Assembly (NCBI GenBank): GCA_963682135.1
Contig: OY821645.1
Coordinates: forward strand, 2,272,001 to 2,336,000
From: Methanothrix sp.
Lineage (GTDB): Archaea > Halobacteriota > Methanosarcinia > Methanotrichales > Methanotrichaceae
Length of the DNA stretch: 64,000 nucleotides
Direction: 5' to 3'
Below are positions 9,001 to 17,240 of this stretch, in pieces. The notes under the pieces were generated by a model. It was not told the origin of the DNA. It saw nothing but the letters and a program-made list of their open reading frames with translations, and ran no database searches. A program made the position numbers and the translations under genes. How positions within the stretch are numbered: position 1 is the first letter of the stretch; each line of letters starts with the position of its first letter.

Positions 9001-11702
9001 TGGCTCTGAGCGATGACAAGATCGGAACTATAACTCCTGGCCAGACAACTCTCGCTTCGGGAGAGACCACTACTGCAACAGGCATATACACCGTGCTCGA
9101 AGGCGATCTGCCCGGACCGCTCACCAACATCGTCACAGTTTCGGCCACGGACAGCCAGAACCAGGCCGTAACAGCTACGCAGACAGCCACAGTCGCCCTG
9201 ACTTATACCACCAAACTGGAAGTTGCCAAGGTGGCGTCGACGGGAACTGCAGCCGTAGGATCAACCATAACCTATAGCTACACAGTCAAGAACTCCGGAA
9301 CGGTCACCATAAATGGGCTCTCCATGAATGATGACAAGCTCGGCGACATAACCCTGGACGCGAATACACTCGCACCGGGTGCAACTGCCAATGGAACGGC
9401 AACTCACCTCGTAGTGGAAGCCGATCTGCCTGGACCTATTATCAATACGGTAATTGTGACAGGTACAGACAGCCAGAACAATCCTGCCACGGCAACAGCA
9501 ACGGCCACGGTCCAGCTTACCTATACCGCTGCTCTGCAGGTGACCAAGACTCCATCATCCAACACTGCTGCTGTGGGTGAGACTGTAACCTACCAGTATT
9601 CCGTTGTGAACACTGGAAACGTAACCGTAAATGCTCTGACCCTGACAGATGACAAGCTCGGCGATATTACCATGAGTGCCGCCTCGCTGGCTCCGGGAGC
9701 GACGGCCACAGGATCAGCGACGCACACCATCGTCGAGACTGACCTGCCCGGACCTCTGACCAACACGGCAACGGCTAAAGCAACTGACAGCCAGAATAAG
9801 CCGGTTACAGCAACGGCAACGGCGACGGTAACCCTGACCTACACGGCCACGATGGAAGTTACCAAGTCTCCGTCCGCAGCTTCGGCCAGAGTAGGAGAGA
9901 GCATAACCTACACCTACACTGTAAGAAACACGGGAACAGTCTCCATCAAAGGACTGAAGTTGAGTGACGACAAGCTAAAGGAAATCAAAGTAGATAAAGA
10001 TACATTGGTACCGGGCGATACGGCTACCGGAACGGCTACCTACACTATCCTCGAGACGGATCTGCCAGGACCGTTGACAAATGTAGTCACGGTGACGGCA
10101 ACGGATAGCGCCGGGAAGGCAATGACGAGCGAAGCTCGGGCCTCTGTGGAATTAACCTATTCTGCAAGCATGGAGATCGTCAAGACGCCATCCTCCACCA
10201 CGGCCAAAGTGGGAGATACCGTAACCTACTCCTATACAGTGAGGAACACAGGAGAAGTAACTCTCAATGGTCTGGCGCTCACCGACGACAAGCTTGGCGC
10301 TATCAAGATCAACGCCAATACGCTGGCTGCCGGCGAAACGGCGACGGGCACATCAACGCACATCGTAGTTGAGGGCGATCTGCCCGGACCTTTGACCAAC
10401 ATCGTCACAGGTACGGCTACGGACACCCAGGGACAGCCGATTACCGCCACGGCAACAGCAACGGTCGCATTGACCTACACAGCCGCCCTGAACGTTACCA
10501 AGGAGCCATCTGCCAAAACCGCAGCCATCGGTGACACGGTAACCTACAGGTTCACTGTGAAGAACACAGGAAGCGTTACGGTTAACGGTCTGACCCTGAC
10601 GGATGACAAGCTAGGCACCATAAATCCACAACAGGCCACACTTGCACCGGGTGAGACCACGACCGCCTCGATGGATCACATAGTTGTCGAGTCGGATCTG
10701 CCCAGCCCCTTAACCAACGTGGTTACCGCTGCGGCCAATGACATCCTGGGGCAGCCGGTCACATCTACCGCCACTGCTACTGTAGCTCTGACCTACACGG
10801 CAACTGTAGAGATGACAAAGGTTGCATCTCCCACTTCAGCAAAGGTGGGTGAGAAGGTAACTTACACCTACACCATAAGGAATAGCGGAAAGGTCACAAT
10901 CAGCGAACTGGTACTGACGGACGATAAGCTGGGTAGCGTTACTCTGGGCCAAAGATCGGTAGCACCAGGAGGAACGGTAACCGGAAGTGCAACTTACACC
11001 ATCGACGTGAAAGATGTACCGGGACCCATAATCAACACCGCACTACTTGCGGGCAAGGATCCGGCAGGCGGTAGCGTCAGCACCAGGGCCACGGCAACCG
11101 TGACCATAACCAGGGATGCCATTACTCCGACGGTGACATGCGTTGCAGCCAACAGCGACGGCACTTTCACCGCATTCTTTGGCTACAACAATCCCAACAG
11201 CTATGCAGTCACCATAGAGGTAGGAAAGGATAACCAGTTCACGCCACCCCCAGACAGCCGGGGACAGCCCACCACCTTTGAACCGGGAAGCCAGACAGCC
11301 GTCTTTACGGTCGATTCCAAGGGCGAATCTCTAGTATGGCATCTGGAGGGTACCATTGCAGAAGCCAACAAGAACTCAGGCGGATGCTCCATGGCTTCTT
11401 GCGCCTTGGACGGGCCGACTGCCCTCTGCCAGAATAAGGAGGAGACTTACAGCTACACTGCAAAAGAGGATGCAAAGTTCAAGCATAACTACGACTGGTC
11501 CATGGATGACAAACCCCTGGGCTCCGGCAAGAGCATCACCATCTCCGGCAGCAAATTCGAGATGGGAGAGCATAAGCTCAAGCTGAAGGTCAGCAGGAAT
11601 TACAGAGAAAAAGCCTGGTCGAGTGCAGAGTGCAGCATGGCTGTAAAGGTCATACCCGAACCATCCGCGGACATATCCATGGACGAGGAGGGAGGTGACT
11701 AA
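6024..11702 (+). CDS. large secreted/cell-surface protein with 14 tandem ~106-aa DUF11-like Ig-fold repeats
   Basis: Signal peptide; 14 copies of VTKxPS..AxVGxTVTYTYTVxNTGxV...L.DDKLG...DLPGPLTN; GGAGG RBS. Confidence 0.9.
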   Translation: MSYRNKAIALVMLLSLVYLLAGLSLGAVAAPPSLTINQLVTSEQTVTLKAPSGDYYYQWTADTGGATIGQATTQSFSFKAPLVTQDEGSKAVTISLYIRTKEGGCVNQTSTTINVYSLPVCGISGPISVGPYETATYSYSGGTSGKTTFVWNVDGKNIDGATGPSVAIDWTKYSLVNHTIGMTLTKDYSDVAPGSTNPFRSISCTFQTNVTYTTGMQVTKTPSAAFAAVGQSVIYTYTVQNTGTIGINSLTLSDDKLGTLTPAAKTILPGASTTATATYIIKESDLPGPLTNTVTVSGVEDRTNKPVSAKANATVALTYNAALNLTKVPSSATAKVGDTVTYKFTVTNTGNVTIKGLNLTDDKLGTIKTDKTELAPGAVATASATHVVLESDLPGPLTNVATIEGTDIQDQPVTATATASIALTYTSGLAVTKKPSSNTAKIGDTVTYQFSVTNNGTVTINGLALNDDKLGIITLDKASLPPGETATGSATHTIIETDLPGPLTNIATATGTDSQGVAVTGQATAAVQLTYTSTLQVTKTPSTTKANVGETITYQFQVKNTGSVTINALALNDDKLGGVTLDRESLLPGESANGTATHVVVEGDLPGPLTNVATATGTDRLGTTVTTTATATVQLTYTAALQVTKIPSANTAAIGETVTYQYSIVNTGNVTVNALTLTDDKLGDITLNTAQLAPGGTATGSATHTIVEKDLPGPLTNIATAKATDSQNKPVTATATATVQLTYTSSMSVTKVPSSTTAGVGEPVTYTYTVSNTGTINITGLSLSDDKLGKITIDRTSLAPGESAIGTITYTVLEGDLPGPLTNIVTATATDSLKQPITATATATVALTYTASLDVAKVPSSTTAVVGEQVTYTYTVTNTGNVTLKGLALSDDKIGTITPAKTTIASGETTTATGTYTVLEGDLPGPLTNVVTVTATDSQNQPVTNTATATVTLTYTASMSVTKVPSSTTAGVGEQVTYTYTVKNTGNVTLNALALSDDKIGTITPGQTTLASGETTTATGIYTVLEGDLPGPLTNIVTVSATDSQNQAVTATQTATVALTYTTKLEVAKVASTGTAAVGSTITYSYTVKNSGTVTINGLSMNDDKLGDITLDANTLAPGATANGTATHLVVEADLPGPIINTVIVTGTDSQNNPATATATATVQLTYTAALQVTKTPSSNTAAVGETVTYQYSVVNTGNVTVNALTLTDDKLGDITMSAASLAPGATATGSATHTIVETDLPGPLTNTATAKATDSQNKPVTATATATVTLTYTATMEVTKSPSAASARVGESITYTYTVRNTGTVSIKGLKLSDDKLKEIKVDKDTLVPGDTATGTATYTILETDLPGPLTNVVTVTATDSAGKAMTSEARASVELTYSASMEIVKTPSSTTAKVGDTVTYSYTVRNTGEVTLNGLALTDDKLGAIKINANTLAAGETATGTSTHIVVEGDLPGPLTNIVTGTATDTQGQPITATATATVALTYTAALNVTKEPSAKTAAIGDTVTYRFTVKNTGSVTVNGLTLTDDKLGTINPQQATLAPGETTTASMDHIVVESDLPSPLTNVVTAAANDILGQPVTSTATATVALTYTATVEMTKVASPTSAKVGEKVTYTYTIRNSGKVTISELVLTDDKLGSVTLGQRSVAPGGTVTGSATYTIDVKDVPGPIINTALLAGKDPAGGSVSTRATATVTITRDAITPTVTCVAANSDGTFTAFFGYNNPNSYAVTIEVGKDNQFTPPPDSRGQPTTFEPGSQTAVFTVDSKGESLVWHLEGTIAEANKNSGGCSMASCALDGPTALCQNKEETYSYTAKEDAKFKHNYDWSMDDKPLGSGKSITISGSKFEMGEHKLKLKVSRNYREKAWSSAECSMAVKVIPEPSADISMDEEGGD
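6650..11110 (+). repeat. 14 x ~318-bp intragenic tandem repeat
   Basis: DDK(L/I) motif recurs about every 106 codons; units 5/10 and 7/8 are nearly identical in nucleotide sequence. Confidence 0.9.
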
Positions 11703-12051
11703 GAAGCTGAGAGTATTCTTCATGCACCTGGTGGCTGCTCCGCCCCAGGTGTAACCATTTTTATTAATTTTATGCACTAAATAAATATAAATTTTTAATC
11801 TGCATTAAATCCTATCCGGAAAAAAGATACTGCCGCCGGATGACGAGCCGTCATTGGCTTCCAGGTTTCAATCCTTGTTTTTGTGGAACTCACCCACGGA
11901 GCTCAAGGGGCCGGATTATCCGATCAATATTATCGCGTTTCAATCCTTGTTTTTGTGGAACTCGCCCCCGGAGTTCATGCAGATTCGTGCAGAAGAGGCG
12001 CACCGTCCGGTTTCCCATGGAAAACCACATAAATCATAATCAGGAGGCGAC

Positions 12052-13377
12052 CTATTCACCTCCCCCGGATGGCCTTTTCTGGCCGGGTTTTGTTATAGAA
12101 ATGGCTCCAAGCTCACGCATAAGAGCATTCTTCCTGCTGCCCTCTTTCAGGTGATAAAAGGCGTCCACAATTGCAGCTACTCTATCCGTCAATTGCTCAT
12201 CCTGAAATGAAGGTGCCTGGCAGGACTTATCCTGACTTGCTCCTCTCGATCTGCATTCACCTTCCTGATACAGCTCCTGGTTGATAAGAAGATGATGAAT
12301 GAGACAGATAAGCTTCCTGGCTACAGCAATAGTGGCTACATTTGGCTCCTTCTTTTTGACCAACCTCTGGAAGAACCTGGAAAGCCGTGTATTTTTCATT
12401 CTTCCGATGGTCTTTGCAGCCTGAACCAGCATAACTCTAATGTACTTGGAACCCTTCTTTGTAATTCCGCATTTTTTCTTTTTGCCCGCAGATTCGCTTT
12501 CTCCAGGATTGAGGCCGCACCATTTAGCGAGTTGGTCAGGTGTCTGAAAATCACGGTAATTTCCAATTTCAGACAATATGGCCGATGCGGATACGAATCC
12601 AATTCCTGGAATTGACATGACGATGGCCAGGTCTTTGCTCTTCTGCTGAATCTTTTTCAGGACCTCATGGCTCAGCTTTTCTATTTTGGATTCGAGATTA
12701 TCAATGAATTCCAGGGCATCTATTAAGAGCATTCTGTTTGTATCATCAAGACTTCTTTCAAGTGCTACCCTAATTTCGTCTTGCTTTTTCCTTATTTTTC
12801 CGGATGGGATGCCTTTCAAGATCTTCTCGATGGACTTCTTTTTTGCCAGACCGTCCAAAATATATCTGCCGGATTTGCAGAATATGTCGTCCATGCAAGA
12901 ACTGAGTTTGATCCCGCATGATGAAAGGTATTTGTGTATCCGATTCCGGAACTGAGTTCGTGTCTTGACATATCCGGACCTGGCTCGAGTTAGAGTCCTG
13001 AGATCTCGGTCTTCATTGGTAAATACCCTAGAGCGCTTGATTTGATTGTTCAGGCAAAGAGATGCAATCCGCTTTGAGTCTTTTGAATCAGATTTGTCGT
13101 TGGGAATAGTCTTTATCTGCAACGGATTGGCAACGATTGTATCTATGGTTTTGCTCAATGCATCATAGATCGGTATCCAATAGACTCCAGTAGCCTCAAA
13201 TGCCACCTGTTCGCATTTGTTGGCTACCAGCCATTTGCGAAATTTCCTAAGTTCAGTTTTCGTTGTCCCAAAATCCATTCGAATCGGTTGAAAATCATCG
13301 CCTGTTATTGTTGCCACGATCAAATCTTTATGGACATCTGCACCGCAAACTCTATCTCTTCGTTTTTTCATATACAT
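12052..13377 (-). CDS. IS110-family (DEDD) recombinase/transposase
   Basis: GADVHKD, FEATGVYW, KSDSKDS (DEDD RuvC-like) and SIPGIG...GLNPGESESAGK (Tnp domain). Start likely at MYMKKRR (13377/13371) rather than the ORF-track GTG at 13533. Confidence 0.95.
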   Translation of the reverse strand: MYMKKRRDRVCGADVHKDLIVATITGDDFQPIRMDFGTTKTELRKFRKWLVANKCEQVAFEATGVYWIPIYDALSKTIDTIVANPLQIKTIPNDKSDSKDSKRIASLCLNNQIKRSRVFTNEDRDLRTLTRARSGYVKTRTQFRNRIHKYLSSCGIKLSSCMDDIFCKSGRYILDGLAKKKSIEKILKGIPSGKIRKKQDEIRVALERSLDDTNRMLLIDALEFIDNLESKIEKLSHEVLKKIQQKSKDLAIVMSIPGIGFVSASAILSEIGNYRDFQTPDQLAKWCGLNPGESESAGKKKKCGITKKGSKYIRVMLVQAAKTIGRMKNTRLSRFFQRLVKKKEPNVATIAVARKLICLIHHLLINQELYQEGECRSRGASQDKSCQAPSFQDEQLTDRVAAIVDAFYHLKEGSRKNALMRELGAISITKPGQKRPSGGGE

Positions 13378-13604
13378 TTCTGCCTGGTATGGGCAGATGA
13401 TGTTTCCCTGATATGAGATAATTTCCCATACGCGTTCTATGACGCAGTCCCGTATTCGGGGGATCTTGGCTCGTTTCAATCGCGGGATCAGCCGTCCCAT
13501 AAACTTGTCAGCCTTCACTGCCCATAACCACATTTAACGTGAACGGATTACAATATGTGGTTTTCCATCCGTCACGTGTGAGCCTCTGCCTGGGGCGCAT
13601 GGGC
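13378..13604 (-). ncRNA. putative bridge/seek RNA region of IS110 copy 1
   Basis: ~230-nt non-coding region upstream of the recombinase containing GTTTCAATC (13473-13481, first 9 nt of the repeat on +) and TTTCCCAT (13422-13429, element end junction); boundaries unknown. Confidence 0.6.
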
Positions 13605-14305
13605 GTTTCAATCCTTGTTTTTGTGGAACTCGCCCTCGGAGGATACCGATTTCAGTTATATCAAGTGTTTCACAAAGAAGTTTCAATCCTTGTTTTTGTG
13701 GAACTCGCCCTCGGAGTTTCTGCTATCCTGGCCGTCGCCGGGTAGTTCCTGAGTTTCAATCCTTGTTTTTGTGGAACTCGCCCTCGGAGATGTCTATCCT
13801 CATTCCGGTCCTACGAGCAAAGTCTTGTTTCAATCCTTGTTTTTGTGGAACTCGCCCTCGGAGGCAGAAGATGAAAAGATAGAGTACCGGATGAACGAGT
13901 TTCAATCCTTGTTTTTGTGGAACTCGCCCTCGGAGCAAACTACGGTCGATGCTATCAAGGCCAAGACTGAGTTTCAATCCTTGTTTTTGTGGAACTCGCC
14001 CTCGGAGCCAGGATGAAGCAACTTGACCTTTCCAGCTTCAAAAGGTTTCAATCCTTGTTTTTGTGGAACTCGCCCTCGGAGTCATTTAAGCCACCGCCTC
14101 TGTCCACTCATAGTTCAGTTTCAATCCTTGTTTTTGTGGAACTCGCCCTCGGAGGCCAAGATTACCCTCAAGGATGCAGCAGAGGTGGGTTTCAATCCTT
14201 GTTTTTGTGGAACTCGCCCTCGGAGGGACTGGACAATCAAGGGAAGCGGTGCCGTCACCGCCAGTTTCCCATGGAAAACCACATAAATCATAATCAGGAG
14301 GCGAC

Positions 14306-15631
14306 CTATTCACCTCCCCCGGATGGCCTTTTCTGGCCGGGTTTTGTTATAGAAATGGCTCCAAGCTCACGCATAAGAGCATTCTTCCTGCTGCCCTCTT
14401 TCAGGTGATAAAAGGCGTCCACAATTGCAGCTACTCTATCCGTCAATTGCTCATCCTGAAATGAAGGTGCCTGGCAGGACTTATCCTGACTTGCTCCTCT
14501 CGATCTGCATTCACCTTCCTGATACAGCTCCTGGTTGATAAGAAGATGATGAATGAGACAGATAAGCTTCCTGGCTACAGCAATAGTGGCTACATTTGGC
14601 TCCTTCTTTTTGACCAACCTCTGGAAGAACCTGGAAAGCCGTGTATTTTTCATTCTTCCGATGGTCTTTGCAGCCTGAACCAGCATAACTCTAATGTACT
14701 TGGAACCCTTCTTTGTAATTCCGCATTTTTTCTTTTTGCCCGCAGATTCGCTTTCTCCAGGATTGAGGCCGCACCATTTAGCGAGTTGGTCAGGTGTCTG
14801 AAAATCACGGTAATTTCCAATTTCAGACAATATGGCCGATGCGGATACGAATCCAATTCCTGGAATTGACATGACGATGGCCAGGTCTTTGCTCTTCTGC
14901 TGAATCTTTTTCAGGACCTCATGGCTCAGCTTTTCTATTTTGGATTCGAGATTATCAATGAATTCCAGGGCATCTATTAAGAGCATTCTGTTTGTATCAT
15001 CAAGACTTCTTTCAAGTGCTACCCTAATTTCGTCTTGCTTTTTCCTTATTTTTCCGGATGGGATGCCTTTCAAGATCTTCTCGATGGACTTCTTTTTTGC
15101 CAGACCGTCCAAAATATATCTGCCGGATTTGCAGAATATGTCGTCCATGCAAGAACTGAGTTTGATCCCGCATGATGAAAGGTATTTGTGTATCCGATTC
15201 CGGAACTGAGTTCGTGTCTTGACATATCCGGACCTGGCTCGAGTTAGAGTCCTGAGATCTCGGTCTTCATTGGTAAATACCCTAGAGCGCTTGATTTGAT
15301 TGTTCAGGCAAAGAGATGCAATCCGCTTTGAGTCTTTTGAATCAGATTTGTCGTTGGGAATAGTCTTTATCTGCAACGGATTGGCAACGATTGTATCTAT
15401 GGTTTTGCTCAATGCATCATAGATCGGTATCCAATAGACTCCAGTAGCCTCAAATGCCACCTGTTCGCATTTGTTGGCTACCAGCCATTTGCGAAATTTC
15501 CTAAGTTCAGTTTTCGTTGTCCCAAAATCCATTCGAATCGGTTGAAAATCATCGCCTGTTATTGTTGCCACGATCAAATCTTTATGGACATCTGCACCGC
15601 AAACTCTATCTCTTCGTTTTTTCATATACAT
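14306..15631 (-). CDS. IS110-family (DEDD) recombinase/transposase
   Basis: Translation identical to copy 1. Confidence 0.95.
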   Translation of the reverse strand: MYMKKRRDRVCGADVHKDLIVATITGDDFQPIRMDFGTTKTELRKFRKWLVANKCEQVAFEATGVYWIPIYDALSKTIDTIVANPLQIKTIPNDKSDSKDSKRIASLCLNNQIKRSRVFTNEDRDLRTLTRARSGYVKTRTQFRNRIHKYLSSCGIKLSSCMDDIFCKSGRYILDGLAKKKSIEKILKGIPSGKIRKKQDEIRVALERSLDDTNRMLLIDALEFIDNLESKIEKLSHEVLKKIQQKSKDLAIVMSIPGIGFVSASAILSEIGNYRDFQTPDQLAKWCGLNPGESESAGKKKKCGITKKGSKYIRVMLVQAAKTIGRMKNTRLSRFFQRLVKKKEPNVATIAVARKLICLIHHLLINQELYQEGECRSRGASQDKSCQAPSFQDEQLTDRVAAIVDAFYHLKEGSRKNALMRELGAISITKPGQKRPSGGGE

Positions 15632-15858
15632 TTCTGCCTGGTATGGGCAGATGATGTTTCCCTGATATGAGATAATTTCCCATACGCGTTCTATGACGCA
15701 GTCCCGTATTCGGGGGATCTTGGCTCGTTTCAATCGCGGGATCAGCCGTCCCATAAACTTGTCAGCCTTCACTGCCCATAACCACATTTAACGTGAACGG
15801 ATTACAATATGTGGTTTTCCATCCGTCACGTGTGAGCCTCTGCCTGGGGCGCATGGGC
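15632..15858 (-). ncRNA. putative bridge/seek RNA region of IS110 copy 2
   Basis: Same as copy 1; GTTTCAATC at 15727-15735. Confidence 0.6.
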
Positions 15859-16189
15859 GTTTCAATCCTTGTTTTTGTGGAACTCGCCCTCGGAGATTGA
15901 ACGATAATGTCACGGATGACAGTGGAAATGGTAAGTTTCAATCCTTGTTTTTGTGGAACTCGCCCTCGGAGTTCGGGGCGATATACTGGAGCTTTCCGGG
16001 TCGGAGGGTTTCAATCCTTGTTTTTGTGGAACTCGCCCTCGGAGCCTGGAACGGTCCGGCCAGTGCGGTGTCTGAGCTGTGTTTCAATCCTTGTTTTTGT
16101 GGAACTCGCCCTCGGAGAGGGAACATTTCGTTGAAGCCGACAAATTGATTGAGTTTCAATCCTTGTTTTTGTGGAACTCGCCCTCGGAG

Positions 16190-16500
16190 AGCGGCTTTTT
16201 TTCGTCCTTTTCCCTGTTTCTCATCGTCAAACCGGCCTTTTCTCACCCTCCTTAAATCATGAGTAGAATTTATTAGAGGGCTTATAAATTCATTCCGGCA
16301 GGTGGGCCAAAAAATAGGCTTCCTGCCAAAAAACAGATAATGCATACCTATTTCTGTTTTGCATATGCACCGTGACTTTTGTAAACCTATTTCTCATCTG
16401 CAAATATCCTCTTGGTAGAAAAAGGTTTTTATGGAAAGGCTTCCATAAAACATACTCAATGTGCGAGAGTTCGAATCCAGTGAATTACTCCATGCGCAAG
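16190..16500 (-). promoter_or_regulatory. CRISPR leader
   Basis: Non-coding, relatively AT-rich stretch between cas6 and the non-degenerate end of the array; TTTATAA TATA-like on - strand near 16282-16288. Confidence 0.7.
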
Positions 16501-16541
16501 ATTTTCTTCGCAGATGACTCGACTCTGATCTCAATATATTA

Positions 16542-17225
16542 TTAGCCTTTGTTTTCCGCAAGCTTCAGCCCAACAACCGCCCCGTAACCTCTGGAGACAG
16601 ACTTGCCCAGCCCCAGGAGGTCTGGAATGGCGAAGGTTGTGGTGAACTCGCCTCGTATTCCCGTTACCTTTGTTCCCTTCAGCAGGCAGATCTCGTCCTG
16701 CATCCTGCCAACCTCCAGCCGAATGTGCTCTTTGGCCACGTAGCCCAGCCCCTTGGAGGCGGATAGGATGTTGCCCACCAGTATTCTTCTCAGCAGATCT
16801 CTTCTTTCCTCTCTGTTTGCATTTATGTATTTGGGATAGTTTTCCTGGCTCAGCGCCAACCAGGGCGTGGCGAAACTGTAGCTGTGAATCACCTCAGAGC
16901 AGCCGAACTCCTCACTCTTTAGGGTAATGCCGCGCTCCATGATGCTGTATTTGCTATCGCCCAATTTGATCTCATCGAATTTGTCGTAGATCTCCTTCAG
17001 GACATCTGCCCCCTCGTTGATGCCCAGCACGAGGGGACTATCTTCCAGCATCTTGTACTGGATGAGCGGATACTTGTAGATCAGCTTGTCTGTCACATGC
17101 TGGTGTAGCAGTGCATGCTCATTGAAGCTGGTGGCAAAGAAGCCGCGCAGTTTGGCGGCGTCCCCGTGCATGGGCGCGTCCGAGTGCAGGGTGAGGCGGA
17201 GGATTTTGAGGATCATGGTCGTCAA
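16542..17225 (-). CDS. cas6: CRISPR-associated endoribonuclease Cas6 (Cas6b-like)
   Basis: LRGFF..LLHQH..YKYPLIQYK and C-terminal G-loop GLGKSVSRGYG. Confidence 0.92.
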   Translation of the reverse strand: MTTMILKILRLTLHSDAPMHGDAAKLRGFFATSFNEHALLHQHVTDKLIYKYPLIQYKMLEDSPLVLGINEGADVLKEIYDKFDEIKLGDSKYSIMERGITLKSEEFGCSEVIHSYSFATPWLALSQENYPKYINANREERRDLLRRILVGNILSASKGLGYVAKEHIRLEVGRMQDEICLLKGTKVTGIRGEFTTTFAIPDLLGLGKSVSRGYGAVVGLKLAENKG

Positions 17226-17240
17226 GGATTTTCGTTTCGT

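Larger units (their letters stand above)
12015..13604 (-). mobile_element. IS110-family element, copy 1, inserted at a CRISPR repeat end
   Basis: Flanked by GTTTC at 12010-12014 and 13605-13609; 15-bp subterminal inverted repeats ATGGAAAACCACATA (12017-12031) / TATGTGGTTTTCCAT (13554-13568); same sequence as copy 2. Confidence 0.93.
14269..15858 (-). mobile_element. IS110-family element, copy 2, inserted at a CRISPR repeat end
   Basis: Offset 2254 from copy 1 with an identical translated ORF; flanked by GTTTC at 14264-14268 and 15859-15863. Confidence 0.93.
11865..16189 (-). CRISPR. CRISPR array, 16 x 37-bp repeats and 15 spacers (34-39 bp), interrupted twice by IS110
   Basis: Repeat on + strand GTTTCAATCCTTGTTTTTGTGGAACTCGCCCTCGGAG at 11865 and 11937 (both degenerate), 13605, 13680, 13753, 13827, 13899, 13971, 14045, 14118, 14189, 15859, 15935, 16008, 16081, 16153. 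Reverse complement ends in ATTGAAAC (canonical 5' handle) and the degenerate copies are at the left, so transcription is on the - strand. Confidence 0.98.

Noticed and set aside
6990-11777. Antisense ORFs within the surface-protein gene
   Set aside because: Shadow frames of a repetitive Thr/Val-rich coding sequence
13473-13481. GTTTCAATC as a degenerate CRISPR repeat
   Set aside because: Only 9 nt match and it lies inside the IS; treated as a candidate guide instead
13378-13533. 52-aa N-terminal extension of the IS110 recombinase in the ORF track (also 15632-15787)
   Set aside because: The DEDD domain normally begins a few residues before GxDxxK; the region is better explained as non-coding RNA
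13864-13898. Spacer sharing GCAGAAGATG with infB (~46270)
   Set aside because: Only a ~10-nt match, expected by chance; not a self-target
11840-16345. Short ORFs with recurring FQSLFLWNSPSE / VSILVFVELALG / LRGRVPQKQGLK peptides
   Set aside because: Translations of CRISPR repeats, not genes
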